Shown here one piece after another: positions 1-10,709 of a DNA stretch of 64,000 bases; the stretch's first letter is position 1; the number at the start of each line of letters is the position of its first letter. The position numbers and the translations under genes are program-made. Under the pieces are notes generated by a model. The model searched no databases and was not told the DNA's origin. It saw only the letters and a program-made list of their open reading frames with translations. The stretch is taken from NCBI GenBank assembly GCA_026936335.1, contig JAPMXV010000005.1, positions 248,001 through 312,000 on the forward strand, given 5' to 3'. Source of the DNA: Mantamonas sphyraenae STR306. Its lineage: Eukaryota; Protista; CRuMs.

Positions 1-1730
1 GACCGTCGCCCTCCGCGTGCACTGCTGCTGCCACTGCCGCTGCCGCTGCCCTTGCCCTTCTTCTTCTTCTTCCGCTTCGCCTTGCGTTCCTTGTCAAACT
101 TCTTCTTCCATGCCGACAGCTCCACCTTGAGTGCCTCGTCCATCTGCTGGCGAATCTCCCACTCGATGTCCGGCATCAGTTCCTGCCTCACCAGCGTGTC
201 GTCCCGCCGCTGCTTCATGTTGTTCTCGTCGTCATAGTCCATCCACACCTCTTTGAACTGCCGCGTGTGCTTCTCCAACCGCTCCTTTGCCTGGTGCCTC
301 GAGAATCCCGGCGGCGGCCTCGCGTTCTCCTCGTCCTTCTTTGAACGCCGCGACGAAAACACACCTGCCGACGCCGCCGCCTTGGCACGCTTCTCCTTCT
401 TCTTTTCCTCCTCCGTCTTGCCCTTCTTCTTCTTCTTCTTCTTCTTCAACCGCGCCGCAATCAGCAACTCCTCGTCCTCGTCCTTCGGCGGCGGCTCCAC
501 CCCGGCCCACGCCGCCGTTCCCTTAAACTCTGGAAACTTCTTGCCTCCCCCGTCCAAGTCTCGCAGCACATAGCTGACTGCAAACTGGTGGATTTCCTCC
601 CGCATCCCGGGTCCCTCGTGTTCCAGGATCCGTTCCCGAATGCTGTCCTTCGCCTGCTCGTAATCCTCCCTGTTCGCCACCACCTGTGCACGCATCTCCT
701 CCCTACGTTCGTTTTCCACCCTCTTCAACTGCCAGTATAGCGTGTCATCCGACTCTTGCATCCCGATAAACTCAAACTCGTTCTCGCGCAGCCTTGACAC
801 CTGCTTCCGCGCCAACGTCCCTCGGATCATCCGCTGGATGCTGATGGCTGCAATCTCCTGGTCCATTTCAGGCTCTTCCGCCTCCATGGCTCGTCGTTCG
901 TTCTCCTCAATCTGCTTCAACTCCCGCATGTTGCGGAAGCGCAGGCGGCCCTGACGCGCTCGCTCTGCCTTTTGTACAATCAGAAGGGCCTCGTCCAGGC
1001 TCATTGCATCCCTGTCCGCCTCTTCTGCCAGCGGGTCCTGGAATTGGTCCTTCAGCATCGCCACCTCCTGCTGGTGTAGCATGATCTCTTCCCGATTCGC
1101 AACCGCGCAAAACCGCGGTGGCGGCAGCTCCAATGCCTCGGGCGTCAGGTGCAGATCCAACAAAGCGGCGTCAAAGTCCACATACTCTGTCAGGTATTCC
1201 TCCACCAGTTCCTGCGATGCGGGGCAATCCCACCGTGTCAGTCACCGCGCCAGAACCACCCAAAGTGGCCGTTCCAGCCGTTTTTTGGCGCGCTCACCTC
1301 TTTCAGTTCCAGCACACGGCTCATTGTGTTTTCCAGCACCTTTTGAAGCAGCTGTCGCTTCTGAGGGTGCACCATTTGGTCGTATGCGTCTTCCAACCGC
1401 CTGTAGATATCCACATAGCGCACATATAGGACAATTGTAAAGTGTTGCTTTTCGGCTTTGCTCTGTGTGTGTTCGTCGTCGCCTGGTCAGTGTCACCTCC
1501 CTTGCCATCGTACACCCACCCATCCATCTCCTCACTCTCCCATCCCCAACCTACCGCATGTTTCAGCGATGCCACCTCGTGTTCCTCCTCGTGCAGTTGG
1601 TCCATGATGTCCACCATCGTGTCCTTCCACAGCGAGTTGTACGTTCTGTGTGGTGCATGCGTGAGTGTGAGTATGTGCATGGATCCTCTAGTGTCCTTCC
1701 ATTCACACTATGTTCGTACAGATGGCTCAT
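1..1730 (-). CDS. DRC11: Dynein regulatory complex subunit 11 / IQ-AAA protein (5' part; runs off the window start)
   Basis: Predicted splicing (ATG 1730, intron 1719-1646, further introns near 1554 and 1297) gives MSHLTYNSLW...YVDIYRRLEDAYDQMVHPQKRQLLQKVLENTMSRVLELK...AERARQGRLR, matching the IQCA1/DRC11 N-terminus as I recall it. Confidence 0.88.
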
Positions 1731-1845
1731 CTTGCCCAAATTGCTTCTTTGTTTGTCTTGTCCATCGCACCATCCAACACAGCATCCCTCTTCTGTTCCA
1801 TCGCTTCCACCTTTTGTTGCCTCCTGTCCAATCATCATCATTTCA

Positions 1846-4800
1846 TCATTGCAATCGGTCGAGGGCCTCGCGCTTGCGACGCCAACGCCAGCGCAAGGAG
1901 CCGTTCTTGACCCTGCGTGTGCTCTCGTCCGTCTCCAGGTCCAGGGAGTCCAGGACGTCGTACACCCCATCCAGGGTCTTGAGATAGTCGGCAAAGTGCT
2001 TGTTGGCGAGGACTGTGAGGTCGTCGCGGTGGGCATCCAGGTAGCCGGCAAAGAGGATCAGCACCACATACCGTTCCAGGTAGTTGATGCCTCGCTTCAG
2101 GTAAAACTCACGCTTGTCCTCGGGCATGCTTTCGTCCTGTGATTTCATGCGGCACTCCTGGATGGCCTCCAGGAAGTTTTGCATGTGGTCACACTTCTTG
2201 ATGCAGTCGTCCGTCAACTGCTTCAGAAGCTGGCCTCGTTCGCCACCCAGGATGTCCACCACTCGTTTGACAACCTTGTACTCGCCTCGCAGTGGCCACT
2301 GTGGACGTCCGGAGAATGCCCCTGCGTCCACTTCCATGTTGTCCAGTGCCCCGCGCTGTGTGGAGAACCACAGGCACGCCACAATCATGCCCGTCGTCGT
2401 GCGCCCGCGGCCCATTTGACAGTTCCACACCACACCTGTTTTGTCGTCCATGTCCAGGAGCAGGAGGACCATGTCGTCCAGATCCTTGTCTTCGGGCGGG
2501 TTCTCGTCGGCGATGGGGATGCGTTCGTAGCGCACCTCTGCCTGCACCTCCTCCATCAGTGAGTCGTAGATCTCACTCAGGGTACACACGTCCTCCACCT
2601 CTTCCTGTCGCTCCTCGTTGTCCATCTCCTTCGTGTACTGGTGCCAGTACGTGAACGGCCGTCCCTTCTCCTTGGTGTTGCCCAACACGTCTGCCTTCAG
2701 CTGCATTTCCATCTGTGTCAGCTCCGTGCCTTCGATCGACGGGAATTCCACGTTTTCGTTCAGGTTGGTTGCCGAGCGCGGTGCGTACGGCCATCCGTTG
2801 ACAAACACCACCGGTTCTTCGCGCAGATTGACCCAGAACACGCGTCGGAACCCGTCGCTGTGCATGCGGTCCACCACATGCTTGAACCCATCGCGTGACG
2901 GCTGCGCCACGCCGTACACGGGATGTGACACCACCTTGCGGAAGTTGGGCACCCCTTCCCAAAGCTTGCCAAGGCGGTAGATCCCTTCAAACTGGTCGTA
3001 CTTCATCACACTGTTGTTGAACACGGGAACGTCGTATCGCTTGGAGTTCATCGTGCCCAGCAGTCGGTACAGCTCCGCATGCTCGTTCATCCACGTCGAA
3101 AACGACTGTTTCGCCTTTTCCTCCCCCGCCGCCGCCGACGACGACGACTCCGTTGCTTCCTCGCCGGCGGACACACTGGCCCCACGCGTGTCCAGCAGGT
3201 AGGCCTGGAAGACAATGAGGAAAAAGTAGCGTTCGAGGTAGTTGAAGCCTCGCTTGATCCAAAACGCGCGCTTGGCCTGCTTCAGCGCCGTCTCTGAACG
3301 TTCACGACACTTGTTGATGGCCGTGCGCAAGTTTTGCATGTGATCGCATGCGTCCATGGACTCGTCCACCTGCTTCTTGATGAGTTCTCCCTGCGGAAGC
3401 TGTTTCACAAGCGCACGGATCACCGCAAACCAGCCGTTGGCATAGTCATGGTCAGACGTGGTGGCAGGAGGTGCTTCTGCTTCTGCTTCTGCTTCTGCCC
3501 CTGCTTCTGCTGCCTGTTCCTGTCCCTCCTCTGTCATTGCTTCCTCGGCCTCGTGCTGTGCCGCCTCTGCGTACGCCTCTGCGTCGGCGCGCTCCTGCTC
3601 GCGTGCCTGTTGCCACGCACTCACGTTGGAAGCCAGGTTGCGCATGAGGTGGCACACCACCAGACCAGTGGTGGTGCGTCCACGGCCCATTTGGCAGTTG
3701 AAGACAAAGACGGCATCGTCGGGGGCACCCTCCAGCATGGCCACAAAGTCATCAAAGTCCACCTCTTCAGGGGCGTTCTCGTCGGTGATGGGAATGCGAT
3801 GGTAGGCCACATGGATGCCCTCTGGGTTCAGTTCCTGGTTGAGGGCCTCGTACACCTCTTCGAGAATGACCACCTCGTTGTCGTCCAAGCCCTCCAGTGT
3901 GCGACGCACATTGACCATGGGCTCCGCAGGCTCTGTCCACACCTCCACACTGCGTGTGTCGCCACTGGATGCCAACGCACTCAGCAGGTCCTTCTTGAGG
4001 TTGCGTTCCAGCTGCGCAAGATCATCGGGGGCAATTCCCGGGAACTCGATGTTGGCGTTGAGCTTGCCCTTGTCACGTGGCACAAAGGGACTGCCGCGGA
4101 TAAACACAAAGGGTTCCTCACGCAGGTTGCACCACACAATGTGGTTGGAGCCCGTTTCGGTGTGCACCGTGCGTGCCAACTCGCTCATGCCCTCCACGGT
4201 GGGTTGGCCGCTGCCAAACATGGCCTCGGTGCCAATGCGACGAAAGTTGGGTGCCCCAGGCACCAGCACATCCAACATGTAGATGCCGTTGAACTGGTCC
4301 TCCTTCAGGAGCTTGTCCTCAAGGACCACAGTGCCCTTGCTCTCCTCCACACGCTGCTGCTCCAGCTTGCGTCGTGTCAGGAAACCCTTGGACAGGGCCT
4401 GCAGCTTACCACGTGCCATAGCCTCGTTCTGGTCCGATTCGGCCTCCAGTTGCAAGGCGTCCGCAAACACAGCCATCATGGCCTCGTGCACCTCATCCAC
4501 CGTACCTCCACCGTTCACCCTGCTCAAACGACCCTGCCCTTGCACCTCTTCAAGCACAGGCTCGCCAAGGGTGACCCACGTCTCGTAGCGGGCCTCAAAC
4601 GATTCGCTCTGGTTGCCCAGCTTGGCTTGCTGGCGGCCACGCTTGAGGTAGCGCTCGTGGAGCACACCGTACTCCACTTCCAGGAGGACAAAGTGGCGAA
4701 AAGGCAGGAGAGAGGATTCAAAGAGGTCCAACTCCTCCTTGGAGCGAGGGAAGCCGTCGAGGAGGAAGCGAGTGTGGGTGGAGTTTGCCACCGCTTCGCT

Positions 4801-5142
4801 GATGATGCTGACCACCACCTTGGCATCGACGAGCTTGCCTGCACGGATGCATGCACTGATTTCCTGGGCATGCACTCCCTTGTCGGCCACATGATTGCGC
4901 AGCAGGTCGGCGGTGGCCAGGTGGACGAAATTGTGACGTTGCACAAGCTGGGCTGCCTGGACGCCCTTGCCAGCCCCCGGACCGCCCAACAGACTCACAA
5001 ACGTGATGTCTTGCGATGGCAACGGGTGGATGATGGGTTCGGCAGCAGACGACGTGCTGTTTCCCTGTTCCTCAGGTGCCACATTGCTGCTGTTTTGGGA
5101 CGATGACATGCTGGTGGAAGAACGAGAACTGCCGCAGCCCAT
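1846..5142 (-). CDS. Acylated adenylate-kinase-like + IQ + two paladin-type PTP-like domain protein (~1098 aa)
   Basis: MGCGSS start; GGPGAGKG P-loop and LLDGFPR; IQ-like LQALSKGFLTRR; two repeats of PNFR...NLREEP...RIPIxDExxP...NCQMGRGRTTTG (CX5R intact). Confidence 0.85.
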   Translation of the reverse strand: MGCGSSRSSTSMSSSQNSSNVAPEEQGNSTSSAAEPIIHPLPSQDITFVSLLGGPGAGKGVQAAQLVQRHNFVHLATADLLRNHVADKGVHAQEISACIRAGKLVDAKVVVSIISEAVANSTHTRFLLDGFPRSKEELDLFESSLLPFRHFVLLEVEYGVLHERYLKRGRQQAKLGNQSESFEARYETWVTLGEPVLEEVQGQGRLSRVNGGGTVDEVHEAMMAVFADALQLEAESDQNEAMARGKLQALSKGFLTRRKLEQQRVEESKGTVVLEDKLLKEDQFNGIYMLDVLVPGAPNFRRIGTEAMFGSGQPTVEGMSELARTVHTETGSNHIVWCNLREEPFVFIRGSPFVPRDKGKLNANIEFPGIAPDDLAQLERNLKKDLLSALASSGDTRSVEVWTEPAEPMVNVRRTLEGLDDNEVVILEEVYEALNQELNPEGIHVAYHRIPITDENAPEEVDFDDFVAMLEGAPDDAVFVFNCQMGRGRTTTGLVVCHLMRNLASNVSAWQQAREQERADAEAYAEAAQHEAEEAMTEEGQEQAAEAGAEAEAEAEAPPATTSDHDYANGWFAVIRALVKQLPQGELIKKQVDESMDACDHMQNLRTAINKCRERSETALKQAKRAFWIKRGFNYLERYFFLIVFQAYLLDTRGASVSAGEEATESSSSAAAGEEKAKQSFSTWMNEHAELYRLLGTMNSKRYDVPVFNNSVMKYDQFEGIYRLGKLWEGVPNFRKVVSHPVYGVAQPSRDGFKHVVDRMHSDGFRRVFWVNLREEPVVFVNGWPYAPRSATNLNENVEFPSIEGTELTQMEMQLKADVLGNTKEKGRPFTYWHQYTKEMDNEERQEEVEDVCTLSEIYDSLMEEVQAEVRYERIPIADENPPEDKDLDDMVLLLLDMDDKTGVVWNCQMGRGRTTTGMIVACLWFSTQRGALDNMEVDAGAFSGRPQWPLRGEYKVVKRVVDILGGERGQLLKQLTDDCIKKCDHMQNFLEAIQECRMKSQDESMPEDKREFYLKRGINYLERYVVLILFAGYLDAHRDDLTVLANKHFADYLKTLDGVYDVLDSLDLETDESTRRVKNGSLRWRWRRKREALDRLQ

Positions 5143-5345
5143 TTCAGAAAAAAATCGATTGGCCCCTCCAGTGGGTGGGGGTGACTGATGAACAGTGCGC
5201 ATTGGCAGCTGGGTGGAGAGGGAAAAGGGGGGGGGGATTGGCAACCAAGGGGGGAGCAAGGTCTCATGTGCAGTGCAAAGCAAGTTCAAGAGTCGCCTCT
5301 GCCTCAGCCTGGCCAACAGAACGCGAACAGGCTGCAGCTTCGGCC

Positions 5346-6306
<961 letters not shown>

Positions 6307-6441
6307 TGGATTTCCCACAGAGGGAGAAAATGAACGAAGGTCAAAAAAGGGAAGAAGCATCCTGTTTCCTGGTTCTTTCTCTCTCTCACTGCACTGCACT
6401 GCACTGCACGTGTGTGTTCTCTGTGCCCCGTGATGATTAGA

Positions 6442-8064
6442 TCAGAGTTTGGCATTGACCAGCCACTCCCAGGGGCCAAAGACACGCACGAGGACGACGG
6501 CGATGGCCAGGAGGACGAGGAGGACAAAGACGTTGCGCTTCCAGTGGGATCCTGACCAGTCTGCAGAGGTGGGATAGCCCAGAGCCATCTTGACGAGGTT
6601 GAGCTTGCGTTCAGAGTAGGGCTGGTACTTGGTGTACACGTTGACGTTCTCCAGCAGCCTGTTCTGGTTCTTGTTGAGCATGGAGCGTCGGTGGGTGAAC
6701 GTGTCAAACGAGAACTTGCCGTGGTACTGACCCATTCCCGAGGGCCCCGTGCCACCAAAGGGCATGGAGGAGACGGCGACGTAGGTGATGACGTCGTTGA
6801 CAGAGGCACCTCCACTGCGCGTGTTGTCCAGCACGGAGCTGACGTACGCGTCATCCTGACTGAACACATACAGGGCCAGGGGCTGGTCGCGAGAGTTGAC
6901 AAAGTGCACGGCGTCCTCGAGGGTGTCGTACGGCACAATGGGCAAAATGGGACCAAAGATCTCCTCCGTCATCACCGCCGAATCCTTGTCCACATTGCGC
7001 AACAGTGTGGGCGCCATGAAGCGCGCTTCCACGTCGTACTCTCCACCCAGGGCAATCTCACCATCTTCCAGATAGGCCACGAGACGCTTGACATGGCGTT
7101 CGGCAACGATGCGAGGGTAGTCCTTGTGCTCACGGATGTCACCGTCGCCAAACAGACGCTGCAGGGCAGCACGGCAGGCATCCACAAAGTCGGCTTCCAC
7201 CTCACGGTCACACAGCACATAGTCGGGTGCCACGCAGGTCTGACCCGCGTTGACGGTTTTGCCCCACATCACCCGGTTGGCCACCACGTCCAGATTGCAG
7301 TTGCGATCCACAAAACACGGCGACTTGCCGCCGAGTTCCAACACAACGGGTGTGAGGTATTCTGCGGCGGCGCGCATGACGATGCGTGCCACCATGCCGT
7401 TGCCCGTGTAGAAGATGTGGTCCCAGCGTTGAGCGAGCAGTTCGGTGGCAAGACGGATCTCGCCCGTGATGCAACGCACCACACGTGGGTCCAGATACTT
7501 GGCCATGAGGGTGGCCATGACACGTGCGCTGTTGGCTGCCACATCGCTGGGTTTGACGACCACGGTGTTGCCTCCGGCCAGTGCGCCAATCATGGGCACC
7601 ATGGTCAGTTGCAAGGGATAGTTCCAGGCCCCAAAGATGAGACAGGTGCCCAGGGGCTCGTGTCGCACCGTGGGTTTGTCCAACGCAAAGACCAGGGCGG
7701 AACTGGGTTTTTCCGGGGCAACCCAGCTGGCCAGGTTTTCCATCGTCTCCTCCAACTCGCTGTGCAGCAGGGACAGCTCCGTCATCACCGTCTCTGCGCG
7801 GCACTTGCCCAAATCTTGTTGCACGGCCTCGCACAGCTCCTCCTCGTTCTCAAACACCATGCGCCGGAAGGCTTTCAGCACCTCCAGCCGCTTGGCCAGC
7901 GGAAGGGTGATGCCGCTCTGGAACGACTGGCGCATGGTACGGTTCAGCGTCTCCGCCACCGCCGGTGTGTCATCATCGTCCGAGTACAACACGATTTCGG
8001 GCACGTCCGAAGTGTCCTGCAGCGTCTTGTTGGACTGCGATTGAAGCAGCGGGGCAACGCTCAT
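6442..8064 (-). CDS. ALDH3: Aldehyde dehydrogenase family 3 (fatty aldehyde dehydrogenase, C-terminal membrane anchor)
   Basis: EPLGTCLIFGAWNYP, LELGGKSP, NAGQTCVAPDY (catalytic Cys), EEIFGP, PFGGTGPSGMG; hydrophobic C-tail. Confidence 0.93.
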   Translation of the reverse strand: MSVAPLLQSQSNKTLQDTSDVPEIVLYSDDDDTPAVAETLNRTMRQSFQSGITLPLAKRLEVLKAFRRMVFENEEELCEAVQQDLGKCRAETVMTELSLLHSELEETMENLASWVAPEKPSSALVFALDKPTVRHEPLGTCLIFGAWNYPLQLTMVPMIGALAGGNTVVVKPSDVAANSARVMATLMAKYLDPRVVRCITGEIRLATELLAQRWDHIFYTGNGMVARIVMRAAAEYLTPVVLELGGKSPCFVDRNCNLDVVANRVMWGKTVNAGQTCVAPDYVLCDREVEADFVDACRAALQRLFGDGDIREHKDYPRIVAERHVKRLVAYLEDGEIALGGEYDVEARFMAPTLLRNVDKDSAVMTEEIFGPILPIVPYDTLEDAVHFVNSRDQPLALYVFSQDDAYVSSVLDNTRSGGASVNDVITYVAVSSMPFGGTGPSGMGQYHGKFSFDTFTHRRSMLNKNQNRLLENVNVYTKYQPYSERKLNLVKMALGYPTSADWSGSHWKRNVFVLLVLLAIAVVLVRVFGPWEWLVNAKL

Positions 8065-8341
8065 CGTGGGGAAAAAGAGGCCAAAAGAAGATTTCGGGTG
8101 GCAGCGGATGCGCGGCTGTGCGCTGTGGCCACACTCACACACTCTCTCACAAAGAGGGCAGATGGGACAGAGGCTGTGTTGAGGATGGATGGGGTGAATG
8201 TTGGGAGTGGAATGGGAGTGGGGAGAGGCATTCGCCACCTCCCCTTGACGTATGTGATGGAACAACGGAATTGAACACATTTGTGGATGATGGACTGTTC
8301 ATTGGAGTGGATGGGGAGGTGTCATTAGGCGTCATTGTCCT

Positions 8342-9040
8342 TCACTTGGCTGTGAGCTCGGCCTGTGCAGCGCAAAGGAGTGTCAGCAAGCGTGCGCGCT
8401 TTCAAGGGCACGCGTGGACGCAGGGAGGGAAAGGCAGGGGTGGAAAACACAAGCAGTGTCGCCCCACCGAGGCGGTAAGCCAAACACAGGTGTGTGTGCA
8501 GGTGGATTGGAAGGCAGGAGCGGGTGTGGAAAGGCCGGGGCGTGGGCGGAAGCCGCGGGAAAACGGGCCGGAAGGAAGATCCCCACACGAAACCTACCCT
8601 CAATTGCTTGGCAAAGGTGTCATCGACCTCCTCGTCATCCCAGTCATCGACCCACTCGAGCTGGTCGCCCTTGTCGAGGTCCTTGGCACCCCAGTTGTCT
8701 GTGGAAGTGGTGGGTTGCACACGAGGAGTTCCGCGGGTGAGCGATGGCGCTCCAAAGGGGAGGGGCGGGCGCAGTCCACACGCACAACCTGCACGAGTGC
8801 ACACGACGGAAAGTCGCATTCAATGTGCATGTGGGTGTGTGCAGGGCAGAGGCCGGGCGGGTTTGGCCAAACGGGGGAGGGGGGGGTTGGGGGAAGGAGG
8901 AGGGCACCCAGGCACTCACCGGTCTCAAACTCTTCAAACTCGTCGTCCTCCTCCAGGATATCCAGCTCCTCGTTCTTCACCTTTTGATCCTTGGCATCCT
9001 TGGCTGAGGAAGACGAGGATGATGACGATGATGAGGACAT
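8342..9040 (-). CDS. SEM1: SEM1/DSS1 proteasome lid subunit (3 exons)
   Basis: Predicted splicing gives LEEDDEFEEFETDNW...WVDDWDDEEVDDTFAKQLRAELTAK*; introns 8919-8699 and 8597-~8363. Confidence 0.9.
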
Positions 9041-9206
9041 GGGTGCGTGTGTTTGTGGTGGTGGAAGACGCGTGTTCATTGTATTGGCCATGTGGAAACT
9101 GCGCTGATGGTTTGGGTGCCAAGTGTGTCGTCCATGAAGGGACACCACATCCCATTTGAATGTGGTCTGCATTTGCGCGCAGGTCGAGACAGCCAAAACA
9201 ACAACC

Positions 9207-9970
9207 ATGGTGGGTCCGCCGCCTTCCTGCGCTTTTGCCCCGCCCACGGCCTTGTTCCCATTCCATCGCCGCAATGTTGACCCTCCCGTGCGCATGGTGA
9301 CTTACACATTACCCTTGCGCATCGTGTGCGTCTGCTCATGTCGTGTGTCTGGCTTGCTGTGCGCGCAAAAAAAAACTCAGTCGACCATTCAGAACCTGCA
9401 AACATTCGGTACGTGCCTGCCCGCACGCACGGGGACCCCAGCCACCACACAGACTGTCACCGGGTGTTTGAGCAGGGCCCCACACCACGTTTGCCACAGC
9501 ACACCTGTTTGCAAGGGTGTGCGAGTGCGTGAAGAGCGCGGTTTGGAGTGCAAATGCTCTGCTTGCTTTCCGAGAAAGCCGCCGCTGACACACGCACACA
9601 CGCACACACCGCAACACACGCATTGCATGCTGTGCCACACCCACCCACCCAAACACACGCACGCGCACACACAGATCCATTCATGGACACGGAGGAGGAC
9701 AAGACCAACGTGTCGTACGTGCACATCCGTGTGCAGCAGCGAAACGGGCGCAAGAGTCTGACCACGGTGCAGGGCATCGACGAGAAGTTTGACCTGAAGC
9801 GCATCCTCAAAGTGTTCAAGAAGGAGTTCTGCTGCAACGGCACCATTGTGGACGACCCGGAAATGGGCGAGATCATTCAGCTGCAGGGTGACCAGCGCAG
9901 CAAGATCTTTGAGTTCCTGACCGAGCAGGAGATTTGCAACGAGAAGAACGTCAAGGTGCACGGTTTCTAA
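9207..9970 (+). CDS. EIF1: Translation initiation factor eIF1/SUI1 (ATG-only first exon at 9207 or 9294, then 9381-9408 and 9675-9970)
   Basis: M|STIQNLQTF|DPF...VHIRVQQRNGRKSLTTVQG...FCCNG...IQLQGDQR...KVHGF. Confidence 0.93.
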
Positions 9971-10018
9971 TTCGCAAATACACCCCCCCTCCCTAAGACA
10001 CACCCATTGTTCATTTTC

Positions 10019-10586
10019 TTAAAGGCGCTGGGTGTTGATACCGTGCTGAGCAAACAGCTCCTTGAGTTCGCCCGAGGCGTGGAGCTGGTGCAGGTCGCTG
10101 TTGCCACCCACGTGCTGGCCACCGATAAAGATGTTGGGCACAGTGCGCTGGCCAGTCATCTCGTGCAGCTTGCTCTGGATGGCATAGCCGTTGTCCTCCA
10201 GATCCATGTCCATGGCGTAGTACTCCACGTCCAGCGAATCCAGCAGCGTCTTGGTTGCACGGCAATACGGGCAGTACGACTTGGCAAACACCGTGATCTT
10301 GTTGTTGTCAATCTTCGCCTGCAGATCCTCCTTCATGCTATCACTGTGCACACGTGTCATCCCACACCAGTGTTCCTCGTTCGTGTCAGCTCCCGCCAAA
10401 GACGGCACCCCGAACCCGCACCCGCCAACCAGGGAGGGTTTCCGGCCCCCAATTTTCCTCGCCACCCCCACCCTGCATGGCTTCCCCATCGACCTCCATC
10501 CCTCACTCCTCCCATGGTCCAACGTACGCAGAGGCAAGGCACACAATGGCAGCAAGAGCCAGCAAAGTCAACAGGTACGCACGCAT
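10019..10586 (-). CDS. Dithiol glutaredoxin (CPYC) with predicted signal peptide
   Basis: Exon 1 MRAYLLTLLALAAIVCLASA spliced to DSMKEDL...SYCPYC...TVPNIFIGGQHVGG. Confidence 0.88.
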
Positions 10587-10709
10587 CGTCGGTCGTTTTG
10601 AAGTGGCTGCGCCATCGCATCCACACGCCACCACCAGACGTGGAAACACACTCCGCTTTCCCCAAGGCACCCAAGAGCACACTCCCCGCCCCAACCCACC
10701 CGTTGAATC

